Shown piece after piece: positions 8,398 through 17,142 of a stretch of 37,115 nucleotides of DNA. The translations under genes and the position numbers were made by a program. The DNA is from a virus. Position 1 is the first letter of the stretch. Every line of letters begins with the position of its first letter. The stretch covers positions 1 through 37,115 of the IMG/VR virus record IMGVR_UViG_3300019487_000014; one strand, written 5' to 3'. The notes under the pieces were generated by a model that searched no databases, was not told the DNA's origin, and saw only the letters and a list, made by a program, of their open reading frames with translations.

Positions 8398-8712
8398 CTA
8401 CCTGAAAAGTCTCACCGTTGCCGTAATCGAACTTCCACTCGGGTTATAAAACGCGAGTTCGCGGCCCCACGTCCCGGAACGAGTGATCGAGCCGTCTCCG
8501 GTTCGATCGACGACGATCCACTCGCTCGGAACGATTCCGTTCGGGAAGGGGTTTGCGACTTCCTTCACCGTCGTCGCCGGAATCGTCATCGTGATCGTTC
8601 GGCTCTCGAAGTTCTCGCCGAACGTCATCTTCCGCCACAACCGAGAAACCTCTCTCAGCGCCGCTTCGCAATCTTCGAGACTACTGATTCCACTTTGCAA
8701 AAGGATCGACAT
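8398..8712 (-). CDS. Hypothetical virion protein (104 aa)
   Basis: The ATG at 8712 overlaps the TAA of the upstream gene (TAATG). The ORF-track extension to 8961 lies inside the upstream gene in another frame. Confidence 0.6.
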   Translation of the reverse strand: MSILLQSGISSLEDCEAALREVSRLWRKMTFGENFESRTITMTIPATTVKEVANPFPNGIVPSEWIVVDRTGDGSITRSGTWGRELAFYNPSGSSITATVRLFR

Positions 8713-9374
8713 TACCAAAGATCCCGCCACGGATCGCGAACGTCCGCGACCACTTCCGGACCGCCTTGATCTCGCGACTTCGACATGTTCTCGATTCGCT
8801 TCTTCATCTTTGTGAGCGCGCGTTCGTGAGCCGAGACGTCCGATTCCTCTTTGTTCAAACATTTGATCGTGCAATCGAGAACGACATACTCCTCGAAGCC
8901 GTTGTATCCCTCGAGCTTCGCCTGATCGGTCACGAGCGGATCGAGCGTCGGAACCCACCAAAGGCGATACTGTCCCGGAGCCTCGCTCTCGGGGAGAAGG
9001 ATGATCTTTCCGGCCATGATTTTGTAACGCACCTGAGCGATGCGCCGGCTCAGCGTCGGATCGAACTGAGCGCCGCGCTCGAGGAAGTTAAACGGCCAAA
9101 CGGGAATGAACGTCGCGCCGCCGTCGGTCGTATAGTCGAGGCCGCGCACCTTGTAACAATTTTGGGGAAGGCTGAAAGAGTTCCCGCTCGAAATTGTGAC
9201 GAGCTTGTCGAGGGTGTTGTAATCCTCGTTCGATTCAACGAGGAGATCGTAAAGCTCCGCGGCCGAGGATTGAATGTATCCGTTGAGCTCAGAGTCCGAG
9301 ATGAACTGCGAATCCTCCATGTCGGCGCGCTGCCGGATCGTGCTGCGGAGCGCCGAACGGGTGATCGTTGCCAT
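8712..9374 (-). CDS. Putative head-tail adaptor / head completion protein
   Basis: 220 aa. The N-terminus (ITRSALRSTIRQRADMEDSQFISDSELNGYIQSSAAELYDLL) resembles connector/adaptor N-termini. It sits between the capsid and tail genes. Confidence 0.4.
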   Translation of the reverse strand: MATITRSALRSTIRQRADMEDSQFISDSELNGYIQSSAAELYDLLVESNEDYNTLDKLVTISSGNSFSLPQNCYKVRGLDYTTDGGATFIPVWPFNFLERGAQFDPTLSRRIAQVRYKIMAGKIILLPESEAPGQYRLWWVPTLDPLVTDQAKLEGYNGFEEYVVLDCTIKCLNKEESDVSAHERALTKMKKRIENMSKSRDQGGPEVVADVRDPWRDLW

Positions 9375-9376
9375 CT

Positions 9377-9628
9377 TTAAACCTCATCGCTAGATTCGCT
9401 CGCCTCGCTTCCGGAATACATGTCGATGAAGTGCTTCAGCGCGCTTGCGACACCCTTCGCGCTCCCCTCGTCGACCGCCGTAAGCAAGTCATCGGCGCAC
9501 GACATGAGCCCTTCGTCCTCGCCGCCTTCTTCCGCTTCCGGCTCAGCCTCGGGTTCTTCCCCCTTGGGTTTTGCTTTGGCGATAATCAGCGCGGCGAGGC
9601 CACCTTTTTTCTTTTCAGGCAAGGGCAT
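9377..9628 (-). CDS. Small acidic protein, unknown function
   Basis: 83 aa with EEPEAEPEAEEGGEDE and SEASESSDEV tracts. Tightly packed in the head module. Confidence 0.55.
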   Translation of the reverse strand: MPLPEKKKGGLAALIIAKAKPKGEEPEAEPEAEEGGEDEGLMSCADDLLTAVDEGSAKGVASALKHFIDMYSGSEASESSDEV

Positions 9629-9631
9629 AAT

Positions 9632-10027
9632 TTACCTCACGACTGAAGTGTTCTTCAGCACGAGCTCTAAAAACACATCTTGCGTCACACCGTTTGCCGT
9701 TTCCGTCGGCGTCGCTCCGGCAAGCATGTTGAACACAACGAGTTTCGTCGAAGCGACCGTTTCGCTTTTCAACTGAGGAACCAAGTCGATCGCCGTCGCC
9801 GCGAGAACCTGAAGGCGAGCACCGATCAAGGATGTCCACGCATCTGAGAGCGTAACGGTATACTCGCCCACTCCGGATCTTGTGAACGTCGCCACTCCAT
9901 CGCCGCCGCCGACGATGCTGAACGTGCCGTTTGCCGGCGTGGTGTTGCCGAGGATACGAAGCCGAATCGACATGACGACCGCTTCGCGGTTCATCGAGCG
10001 TTTCGGATGTAAGAGTCGATTTGCCAT
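9632..10027 (-). CDS. Beta-rich head-associated protein (possible decoration protein), 131 aa
   Basis: ATG at 10027 preceded by GGAG (caGGAGaatatcgttATG), immediately after the capsid-gene hairpin. The function is inferred from position only. Confidence 0.55.
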   Translation of the reverse strand: MANRLLHPKRSMNREAVVMSIRLRILGNTTPANGTFSIVGGGDGVATFTRSGVGEYTVTLSDAWTSLIGARLQVLAATAIDLVPQLKSETVASTKLVVFNMLAGATPTETANGVTQDVFLELVLKNTSVVR

Positions 10028-10042
10028 AACGATATTCTCCTG

Positions 10043-10073
10043 AAAAACGCCGGGGGTTTTCACGCCCCCGGCG
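10043..10073 (-). terminator. Rho-independent terminator/attenuator directly after the capsid gene
   Basis: Minus strand reads CGCCGGGGG-cgtgaaaa-CCCCCGGCG-TTTTT: a perfect 9-bp GC stem, 8-nt loop and T5 run. It starts 7 nt after the capsid TAA. Confidence 0.75.
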
Positions 10074-10080
10074 GTGATTC

Positions 10081-11334
10081 TTACACGTTGATGGCGATTG
10101 CGTCTCGGGGAGAATTGCTCCCGAGTTGCAGATACCCGCCCCATCGGGATTCGACGCCGTCGGCCGAGCTCTGCCGGAGCATCTTGAGCCCGTCGGTATC
10201 GAGCACACGAACCGCTTTTCCGAGGGAATACAGCTTCCACGCCTTGAGGCGTAATCCCCGGATTCGGTTTGCCGGACAGTTTTTGTCCGGGACGCACTTG
10301 ATTTCACCCTTCGGCCCGTTCACCCGGATCCCCCGGAACCCGATGTTCGCGTTCGCCATGAGGTCGACGTACTGAACTTTCGAGCCGAGCGACTTTTCAA
10401 GGTCCGAGAACTTCTCGAACGGCATGAAATAGGTATCGATCGATCCGCCATGCTTGCCGACTCGAATCGCGCCTTCGATCAAAGTTTCTTCGATCGGAAG
10501 TGCCGAGCCGTCGTAACGGAGGCCGGAAAGACGAATCGTGTCGAGCGTCCGGTCAACGCCGAAGAACGCCGTTGCGGATGGTGCCGCATAAGGGTTCCAG
10601 GCTTCGAGGCCGGAGAGCTTCAACCGCGTCGGCGTTGCCGAGTTTTGCCGGTCGCCGCGCACGAAGATGAAGTCGCCCTGTGCGATCGTCGGAATCCCGT
10701 TCGTCGCGTCGTTGACGTTGAAGGCAAACGTCAGAACCCCGGTATCCCGGTTGATCGCCGTGACGATCAAGCCGTTACCCGAGGAGCCGTAAGCTCTCAA
10801 GGTGTTCGCCGCTTGGGAGGCCGAAAGGTCGAGTTCCATCCCGATTTCAAAGTTCACGATGTCGGCGATCGTTGCGAGCGTGATCGTCGTAACACCGAAG
10901 GAACTCGAACCGATAACGCCGCGATCGCCCCATCCCGCCAAATACATGTCGAGCGCGATGTCGTTCGTGATGTTGTTGATCGCGCCGTCGAACTCGGTCG
11001 TCGCCGCTTCCATGAACGCGCCTTTGTCGTTCTTCGACGCCTCGAGCGTTTCGTTGTCGATCGTTGCCACGGAGTAGTTCTTTACTCGCGTGATGTCGAA
11101 CGATTCGACCTTTGACGACTCGAGAGCTCCTCGGGTTTGTGCCCGAGTGAACGTCGCGGAACGACCTTGCGGATTCCCGTAGATCAGCGGAATCGGCAAG
11201 CGCCGGCCGTAAAACTCTTCCATTTTCGGAATCAGCGCGAACATCGGCCGATCCGTATAGGTCATGTCTTCGACCGTGGAATCGGTGTAATAATCCTTCA
11301 ACGCAGCGTCGAAGGAGGTCATATCGAGAGCCAT
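10081..11334 (-). CDS. Major capsid protein
   Basis: 417 aa, directly after a scaffold-like gene and followed by a strong hairpin. The N-terminus MALDMTSFDAALKDYYTDSTVEDMTYTDRPMFALIPK is typical of HK97-fold coat proteins as I recall them. Confidence 0.8.
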   Translation of the reverse strand: MALDMTSFDAALKDYYTDSTVEDMTYTDRPMFALIPKMEEFYGRRLPIPLIYGNPQGRSATFTRAQTRGALESSKVESFDITRVKNYSVATIDNETLEASKNDKGAFMEAATTEFDGAINNITNDIALDMYLAGWGDRGVIGSSSFGVTTITLATIADIVNFEIGMELDLSASQAANTLRAYGSSGNGLIVTAINRDTGVLTFAFNVNDATNGIPTIAQGDFIFVRGDRQNSATPTRLKLSGLEAWNPYAAPSATAFFGVDRTLDTIRLSGLRYDGSALPIEETLIEGAIRVGKHGGSIDTYFMPFEKFSDLEKSLGSKVQYVDLMANANIGFRGIRVNGPKGEIKCVPDKNCPANRIRGLRLKAWKLYSLGKAVRVLDTDGLKMLRQSSADGVESRWGGYLQLGSNSPRDAIAINV

Positions 11335-11375
11335 TGCATCACCCTTTTATTTTGGGCGGCAACTCTCGATAATCT

Positions 11376-12302
11376 TTACGAGGGGTTTTCCTCTGTATAC
11401 CGTAAGAGCGCCGCCGAGCGTTTTAATCGTTGCTCGCGCGTGAGCGGCGGACCGTTCACGGGCTCGTGAGCAACAACATCATTCGTTAGTGTCGGTGACG
11501 GCCTGGATGTCTCTCGCACGTCTCGGGCGCTATCTCTTACGGCATCGCCGGGCTTAGCCGGTGGAGTCGGATTCAGAAGCGATGCCAGCTTCGGAACCTT
11601 GAGAAGTTTCTGAGCTTCCTCGAGCAACGCGGTTTCAACTTTGTCCGCCGCGGCTTTCGGGGTGAGAACCTCACCAAACTCAAAAAACCAGTTCTCAATT
11701 AGGGAGAATACCTCGTCCTGAGCGCCTTTCGCAACGATCATCTGATATTCGTCCGCGCTCGATGAGAGAAACGCTGTCGTTTCGCCCTTATACATGTCGA
11801 GAGCTTTCTGAATGTAAGCATCCTCGTCGGCGACTTTCTTCTTCTCCGCTTCTTTTTTTTCGTCCTCGAGTTGAGTTTTCACGCCCGAGAGTTCCTCGCG
11901 GAGCTCGGCGATCATCTCCTCGGGTTCCGCCTTGCCGCCGCTCAGGATGTGCTTTGTCAAATATTCGTAAGAGACGCCGAGCTCCTCCATCACCTTAGTC
12001 GGCTCCTTCTTCGCGCGAGCCTTGAGCGTCTCGAAGTTCTCGGCCGCTGAAATCCGCTCCTTGAGCGCCGTTTCGCGCCGAGTCAGCTCGCGCTCTTTTT
12101 CCGTAAGCGCCGCGAATCTAGCGGTGAAATCGACTTCCTTCTTCGGCTTCGCCGCGGGCTCCGTTGCCGGAGGAGTCTCGGCGAGCGGAACTCCGCTTTG
12201 AGCCGGAGGAGCTGTTCCGTTCACTCCGGCGGGCGGTGCGGCGGCGGGCGTTGTTGTCGGAGCTGCGGGCGTTGCGACGGGTGCGGCGTTTGTCTCAGGC
12301 AT
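11376..12302 (-). CDS. Scaffolding protein
   Basis: 308 aa with a Pro/Ala/Thr-rich N-terminus followed by charged coiled-coil sequence (ERELTRRETALKERISAAENFETLKARAKKE; EDEKKEAEKKK). Located between portal and capsid. Confidence 0.7.
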   Translation of the reverse strand: MPETNAAPVATPAAPTTTPAAAPPAGVNGTAPPAQSGVPLAETPPATEPAAKPKKEVDFTARFAALTEKERELTRRETALKERISAAENFETLKARAKKEPTKVMEELGVSYEYLTKHILSGGKAEPEEMIAELREELSGVKTQLEDEKKEAEKKKVADEDAYIQKALDMYKGETTAFLSSSADEYQMIVAKGAQDEVFSLIENWFFEFGEVLTPKAAADKVETALLEEAQKLLKVPKLASLLNPTPPAKPGDAVRDSARDVRETSRPSPTLTNDVVAHEPVNGPPLTREQRLKRSAALLRYTEENPS

Positions 12303-12315
12303 ATCTCATCTCTCT

Positions 12316-14211
12316 TTAAAGTGCGGCCGCGACTCCGTTCACCGGCCCGGCCTGTGCGGCGAGCGCCGCTTCCGGCGGTGCTGCTTGAGGCTGAGCCGGC
12401 GCGGGGAGAGCGGCCGGGGTTTGTTTCGGGGTCATTCGTCCGATAAGCGTCTTCAGTTGCTCCATATAGGTGACGAGCAATTCGCGGTGATCCTTCGGCG
12501 CGCCTTCGATGCCCGAGGCCATGTAAGCGTTTTGCGCCATCTTGAGCGCGCTTGTGAGATCCATGAACGGTTCCGGCGCGATGAATTTTCCTTCCTCGAG
12601 GATACTCTCGATGATCATTTGCGACGTCTGGTAACTCGATGTTTCGAGGGTGACGAAGCTTTGAAGATCCGGGAAGTCGAGCATCGCAAGCGCGGCCGAG
12701 CGATCGATGAGTCCGGCCTGTAAAAGTTCCTGAACGTCCTGCAATTTCCCGGCCGGTGTACTTCGGAGGAACGACGTCGGGAACGCTTGCATGATGAACT
12801 TGTCTTCCTCGAGATCGACTTCGTTCCAATCGATCGAGCGGATGAACTTCGCGCCCTTGAGTTTTACCTTTTGGCCCTTCTCGGAGGTGTAGAGCTCGCG
12901 ACTGAGGTCGACGACGATCTTCGCAAGGCGCAAGAAGAAAACTTCGTACCGCTGTCCGACGAGAACGAACCGCTCGGTTTCTATATCGTTGTATTCTCGA
13001 AGCGCCTTTCCGCTGTCTAGTCCGGCCGGCTTGCGGCTCGCGGCCGAGAGCTCCGAGATGCCGATTTGCTGAAACGCTTTTTGCCAAAGCCGCTCGAGAT
13101 GCTCGTAGGTATATTGGTGCATCGGCGGAACGACGGAGAAGATCGGCTCCTTCCCGCTGTAACGATACATCGATCCGATCTCGTTCGTGATCGGCTTGCC
13201 GAGCTGAGTCGAGTTGTCGACGAACACTCGAGGCACACCGATCAGGTGATGCGCTTGCGAGATGTCGCGAAGCGTCTTGTTGATCTCGACCTGAGAACCC
13301 TCGAGCTCCCACGCGATCCCGGTGCCGTAAAACCCGGCGATCGGCGGCGACCATTTGAAGAACACGATCGGAAAATAATCGTGCTTCCATTCCTCGGTGA
13401 ACATCACGCCGTTAGGAAGCGCGATTACGTGCTTTCCGTCTTTGGCGTCCGGGCCGCTCGGCAAGTGCCACGCCTCGATCACTTCGACCTGATCGGAATA
13501 TTCCGGCGTATATGGAAAATCCTGCTTCGATGTCGGGTTCGCCGCCTTGATCATGTCGAGCTTTGCCTGATCCTTCCCGGCGAACTTGTCGATCAGATAC
13601 TCGCGCGGCTTCGCGGTCCAATGGTAAAGCGATTGCGGCCGGCCGTAATACGCCTCGATGTCGTCGACGACGCACTCGTGAACGAAAATCTTCTCGAGCC
13701 GGATCCCGTCCGCGTCGCGAAACGCCTTCATTCCGCCCGTGCCGTATATGCCCGCGTGAGTGAAAATCTCCGGGCCGAGATCATAGGCGCCTTGATCGTC
13801 GAAGATGCCGCCGACGTATTGCGTGAGGTTCTTCGCGCGCCGCTGATCGCTGAACTGCCCCTTTTCCGTGAGAAACAGCGGAAGCGGTTTGTTCTTCGCG
13901 ATCTTCGCCGCCGCCGTGTCAACGCACGACTTGATCACGTTCCAGGTGACGCGATTCTGAGGGAGCTTGCCGATATTCACATCGGCGTAACGACCGGCCG
14001 AGAGCGCGGCGAACTCGAGATTCGAGTAAAGGCGCGCGTGTCGTTCGTCGAGGGTTCGCCGGTATCCTTGCCGGCTCGTGATCTGCTTTACGCGGGCGAA
14101 TATCGACTGAGCGAGGGAGTCGCTCTCGGCGGTCCACCATCGAACGATTCCGGTTTGACTTGCGGGCGTGGTGTTGTACTCGACGACGGGGATCCCATCT
14201 GCCTTACTCAT
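12316..14211 (-). CDS. Portal protein
   Basis: 631 aa, downstream of the large terminase and upstream of scaffold and capsid. Size and position are canonical. Confidence 0.8.
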   Translation of the reverse strand: MSKADGIPVVEYNTTPASQTGIVRWWTAESDSLAQSIFARVKQITSRQGYRRTLDERHARLYSNLEFAALSAGRYADVNIGKLPQNRVTWNVIKSCVDTAAAKIAKNKPLPLFLTEKGQFSDQRRAKNLTQYVGGIFDDQGAYDLGPEIFTHAGIYGTGGMKAFRDADGIRLEKIFVHECVVDDIEAYYGRPQSLYHWTAKPREYLIDKFAGKDQAKLDMIKAANPTSKQDFPYTPEYSDQVEVIEAWHLPSGPDAKDGKHVIALPNGVMFTEEWKHDYFPIVFFKWSPPIAGFYGTGIAWELEGSQVEINKTLRDISQAHHLIGVPRVFVDNSTQLGKPITNEIGSMYRYSGKEPIFSVVPPMHQYTYEHLERLWQKAFQQIGISELSAASRKPAGLDSGKALREYNDIETERFVLVGQRYEVFFLRLAKIVVDLSRELYTSEKGQKVKLKGAKFIRSIDWNEVDLEEDKFIMQAFPTSFLRSTPAGKLQDVQELLQAGLIDRSAALAMLDFPDLQSFVTLETSSYQTSQMIIESILEEGKFIAPEPFMDLTSALKMAQNAYMASGIEGAPKDHRELLVTYMEQLKTLIGRMTPKQTPAALPAPAQPQAAPPEAALAAQAGPVNGVAAAL

Positions 14212-14442
14212 TTAGCGCGAGCTCCAAAAAAGCGTCCGTTCTTCTTCGGCTTTTTCTTCCTCGGCGGTGAGCGGCTTTACCGTTTTCATCGTCGCGACCT
14301 GAGCTTGAAGAACTGGATTGTTGATAACGTCGATACCCCAATCGTTCACGGTGAGCCGCTCGAGGTTATTCTCTCGGGCAAGCTTCACAACAAATTCGAG
14401 CTTTTCGCGCGTGTTCCAACCGTCACTGACTTTCTCGCTCAC
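14212..14442 (-). CDS. Small protein between terminase and portal (76 aa)
   Basis: The ORF fills the gap exactly. Its C-terminus AEEEKAEEERTLFWSSR echoes the TerL C-terminus ESESEEGQRRKNAPFWER. Confidence 0.55.
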   Translation of the reverse strand: MSEKVSDGWNTREKLEFVVKLARENNLERLTVNDWGIDVINNPVLQAQVATMKTVKPLTAEEEKAEEERTLFWSSR

Positions 14443-14445
14443 GCT

Positions 14446-15873
14446 TCATCTCTCCCAAAAAGGAGCGTTCTTCCGGCGTTGACCTTCTTCGGATTCGCTC
14501 TCCCAAAACTCATCAACTTCCTGTTCTTCGGTGAGGCGCGGCGTCGTCGGTGTTCCCCGGTCAACCCAATTATAGCAGTAACGCCACGGATACAGGAACG
14601 AGTCGCAACAATCGTTTTTGCAACTCGCGAGTTCCTCTCGCTTCCCCTTTACCAGTAATCTCTCATCCCATACCAGGGTTTTTAGTTCCTCTTGGAGCGG
14701 TTCCGTCTCCGAACGGAGAAGTTTAATCTTCCCTTGGGCGAAGTCGTCGTTCAGAATCGCGATGAAATCCGACTTCCCGGCTTTGTCCGCCGGCTCGAGC
14801 GGGATCTGAAATCGCTGTTTAAGTTCCTCAACGGCTTGCTTGTTCGCGTTGTCGACGATCGTTTTCTCGAAGTGATACGTCGAGTTGAGATGCCGCCAAA
14901 GCGCGGCGACGTCCGTGATGTCCATCTCTGTTCGCTTGTAACTTTTCACGATGTAGAGGTTCGGATCGTAATCGCGATACGCGCAAACGGTGAACGCGCT
15001 CGGATCCGGCGAGTGGCCGAGGTCGAGCCCGCAAACGTGATGCCAAGTTTGCGTCCGATACTCGAGCACCGGAAGGAGATCAATGAGGTCGCGCTCCTCT
15101 TTGTATTTGTAAACGAGCTTCGATTCGTCGATCACCCAAAGGCCGAGATACATCTGACGGAACCAAGCGGTTTGCTCGATGTTCGGGTGATTCTTTTTCA
15201 GCTCCGCGATCTCCGCGAGCCATTTGTCTTTCATATACGGGTTATCAAGCGCGCTCCATCGGTGTGTGCTCCATCCGGGTTCTTTGCCGTTCGTCACGTC
15301 GAAGAACAGCGAAAACACGTTATCGCCGGGCGTTCCGATCATCGCGATTTGTCCGCGGTAGTCGGCAACGGCCGGCTTGAAAATCTTGTAAACGAGTTGC
15401 CGCTGATCGAGTGAGTAGGACGCCGACTCGTCGACATAGATCCGAGCGTATTTGTTGCCGAGAGCTTTCTCGCGCTCCTTCTCGCTCGAGTCGACGCCGA
15501 GCATATAGAGCGTCGAGCCATACTCCGTGAAGTTGAGAGTCAACGTTTGGCCGTTCCATCGCGTCCGGATCTTGTACCGATCCGTGAGCATGTCCATCAC
15601 TTCTTTCTTGAGAATCCGAACGCAAGCGTCGCGCGTGAGCCCGGTGTAAAGCATCGAGCATGTCGGGATCTCGATCGCCGTTTTCGTGTAGTCGATGCCG
15701 GCCGCGACGGATTTTCCGGAGCGCCGCGTCGTTACTCCGGCTTTGAGCGGCGACGGATCGAGCACGAAGTTCCGCTGTGCGTCGAACGAGTCATCCTCGA
15801 GCATCTTCCGGATGAGATCCTCGCGACGTCGCCGCTCCTTTACGAGAATGAAGGCCGAGCGACTCTCAAGCAC
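14446..15873 (-). CDS. terL: Terminase large subunit
   Basis: Walker A VTTRRSGKS and Walker B RIYVDES. RNaseH-fold nuclease acidic residues in CGLDLG, IVDNANKQ and NDCCDSF. 475 aa. Confidence 0.9.
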   Translation of the reverse strand: MLESRSAFILVKERRRREDLIRKMLEDDSFDAQRNFVLDPSPLKAGVTTRRSGKSVAAGIDYTKTAIEIPTCSMLYTGLTRDACVRILKKEVMDMLTDRYKIRTRWNGQTLTLNFTEYGSTLYMLGVDSSEKEREKALGNKYARIYVDESASYSLDQRQLVYKIFKPAVADYRGQIAMIGTPGDNVFSLFFDVTNGKEPGWSTHRWSALDNPYMKDKWLAEIAELKKNHPNIEQTAWFRQMYLGLWVIDESKLVYKYKEERDLIDLLPVLEYRTQTWHHVCGLDLGHSPDPSAFTVCAYRDYDPNLYIVKSYKRTEMDITDVAALWRHLNSTYHFEKTIVDNANKQAVEELKQRFQIPLEPADKAGKSDFIAILNDDFAQGKIKLLRSETEPLQEELKTLVWDERLLVKGKREELASCKNDCCDSFLYPWRYCYNWVDRGTPTTPRLTEEQEVDEFWESESEEGQRRKNAPFWER

Positions 15874-16243
15874 TGAACTTCAGGGTGTATTGAGCGATGT
15901 TGCCGAACGGGATGAACACGATCTCGCGCGCTCCGGCTTTCTTCACCTGGATCGTGCGGTTCGTCATCACGTGCATCTCGTAACCCTCGGACGCTCGAAG
16001 GAACGTGATGATCTTGCCGCCGACACGAGCCGGGTTCTCCTTTTTGATGCTGAGCGTGTCGATCTCGACCGGCTCGCCGATCTCTGTCGGCTGAGCGCGT
16101 TCAGCGAGCGCCGCCATTGCCTGAACTTCGTGCGCCTTCGCGTTGTCCTCGATCTGCTTTTGCTCGGCGCGCTGTCGTGCCTTGAGCTCGCGGTCGAGTC
16201 GTTCGCTTTCGGTCAGCGGCGGTCCCTGCGGTGTTGGTGCCAT
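15866..16243 (-). CDS. Hypothetical protein upstream of terL (candidate small terminase subunit), 125 aa
   Basis: ATG at 16243 with AAGGAG 8 nt upstream; the ORF-track start at 16252 is a GTG. Charged helical N-terminal half and beta-rich C-terminal half. The TerS call rests on position only. Confidence 0.35.
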   Translation of the reverse strand: MAPTPQGPPLTESERLDRELKARQRAEQKQIEDNAKAHEVQAMAALAERAQPTEIGEPVEIDTLSIKKENPARVGGKIITFLRASEGYEMHVMTNRTIQVKKAGAREIVFIPFGNIAQYTLKFSA

Positions 16244-16248
16244 CGTCT

Positions 16249-16704
16249 TCACTCCTTTTTTGTGGGGTCATAGGTTACGGGGAACTGTTTAGAAATATGC
16301 TCGAAGAAGCCGCGAACGGGAATGTGAGACGCGAAAAACTTCGTCTCCGGCGCCGCCTGATCGACGACCATTTGAATCAAGCCCTTCGCGATCCCGAGAT
16401 GCCGGTAAGGATATTTCACATAGATCCAGTGAAACACGAACACGCGCTCGTCGGGGTTCTCCCATACGAGATACCCGAACACCTGAGAGCGTTCGTCGGA
16501 GTTACAGGCCACGGCAACGAACGAGCGGCCGAGGAGCCGCTCAATCGTCCGGGCTTGCCCCTGGAAGTATACCTCGCCGGTAATGCGGCGGTTCATCGGG
16601 CTTTTGCGGAAGCTTTTGAGCCAAGAGTTGAAGATGAAGTTTTTGTCGGTGCTCGCGCCCGCGCGGAAGATGATCGGAGTTCTATTCGGGGAGTGCAAAG
16701 CCAT
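16249..16704 (-). CDS. GNAT-family N-acetyltransferase (151 aa)
   Basis: Motif A-like HWIYVKYPYRHLGIAKGLIQMV (R-x-x-G-x-A). Overlaps the upstream 96-aa ORF by 23 nt. Confidence 0.65.
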   Translation of the reverse strand: MALHSPNRTPIIFRAGASTDKNFIFNSWLKSFRKSPMNRRITGEVYFQGQARTIERLLGRSFVAVACNSDERSQVFGYLVWENPDERVFVFHWIYVKYPYRHLGIAKGLIQMVVDQAAPETKFFASHIPVRGFFEHISKQFPVTYDPTKKE

Positions 16705-16972
16705 TCTCTCGAGCGCCTATCTCTTTCGCACGGTGAGCAAAAAACTCGCCGAGCGCCGCGTCTATGTCCTCGAGGCTCATCCTCGAGACGTTGATCTCAG
16801 CCATGAACACCGGGAGGTCGACTTCCATCGCATCGAGCGCGATCCTCATGTAACCCCGGAGGAGTATCGCCTCGGATTTGCTGAGTTGTCGCGCTTGCGC
16901 GATCTCGTGAAGATGTTGAACCTCGCGGTAAACAATCTCGAGCCCGAGAGCGACGATTTTCTCAGCTTCCAT
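16682..16972 (-). CDS. All-helical 96-aa protein (candidate T7-gp18-size small terminase, or partner of the GNAT)
   Basis: First ORF after the 170-nt structured gap. It has no Shine-Dalgarno; TATAGT lies 6 nt upstream of the ATG. Confidence 0.5.
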   Translation of the reverse strand: MEAEKIVALGLEIVYREVQHLHEIAQARQLSKSEAILLRGYMRIALDAMEVDLPVFMAEINVSRMSLEDIDAALGEFFAHRAKEIGARENGFALPE

Positions 16973-17008
16973 AAAACAACTATATCACTCGGATTTACGC
17001 AAGGAAGG

Positions 17009-17044
17009 AAAAAGCGAGACACCCGGTTCATAACGCCGAGTGTC
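17009..17044 (-). terminator. Candidate intrinsic terminator downstream of the endolysin gene
   Basis: Minus strand reads GACACTCGG-cgttatgaa-CCGGGTGTC-tcgcTTTTT: a 9-bp stem with one G-U pair, and a T5 run 4 nt after the stem. Confidence 0.5.
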
Positions 17045-17057
17045 CCACCGTGGGACA
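17041..17057 (-). promoter_or_regulatory. Hairpin that competes with the terminator stem (candidate antiterminator element)
   Basis: TGTCCCA-cgg-TGGGACA: a perfect 7-bp stem. Its 3' arm shares GACA (17041-17044) with the 5' arm of the terminator hairpin. Confidence 0.4.
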
Positions 17058-17142
17058 GGCTTCAGCCGATGACAAAGAGCGGATTTGGAGGCCGGACTGT
17101 CTTTCGCCTGGGAGAGTCCCGCGGCCATTATAGCGCAACTCG

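Noticed and set aside
9632-10297. The frame of the 131-aa gene is open for 90 codons upstream of its ATG. It overlaps the capsid gene 3' end in the -1 frame, which suggests a T7 10A/10B-style capsid frameshift fusion.
   Set aside because: I translated 10081-10300 by hand and found no canonical X XXY YYZ slippery heptamer; the nearest, gac aaa aac, is not one. The ATG at 10027 has its own GGAG RBS. Long open alternative frames are expected by chance in GC-rich DNA.
13066-14658. A 530-aa + strand ORF, plus other long opposite-strand or alternative-frame ORFs such as 17996..19021(-), 3918..4799(+), 4884..5720(+), 12221..13390(-) and 494..1069(-).
   Set aside because: All lie antisense to or out of frame with genes that have recognisable motifs (portal, terminase, exonuclease, tail protein). 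They translate to Arg/Ser/Pro-rich low-complexity sequence, which is typical of shadow ORFs in GC-rich genomes.
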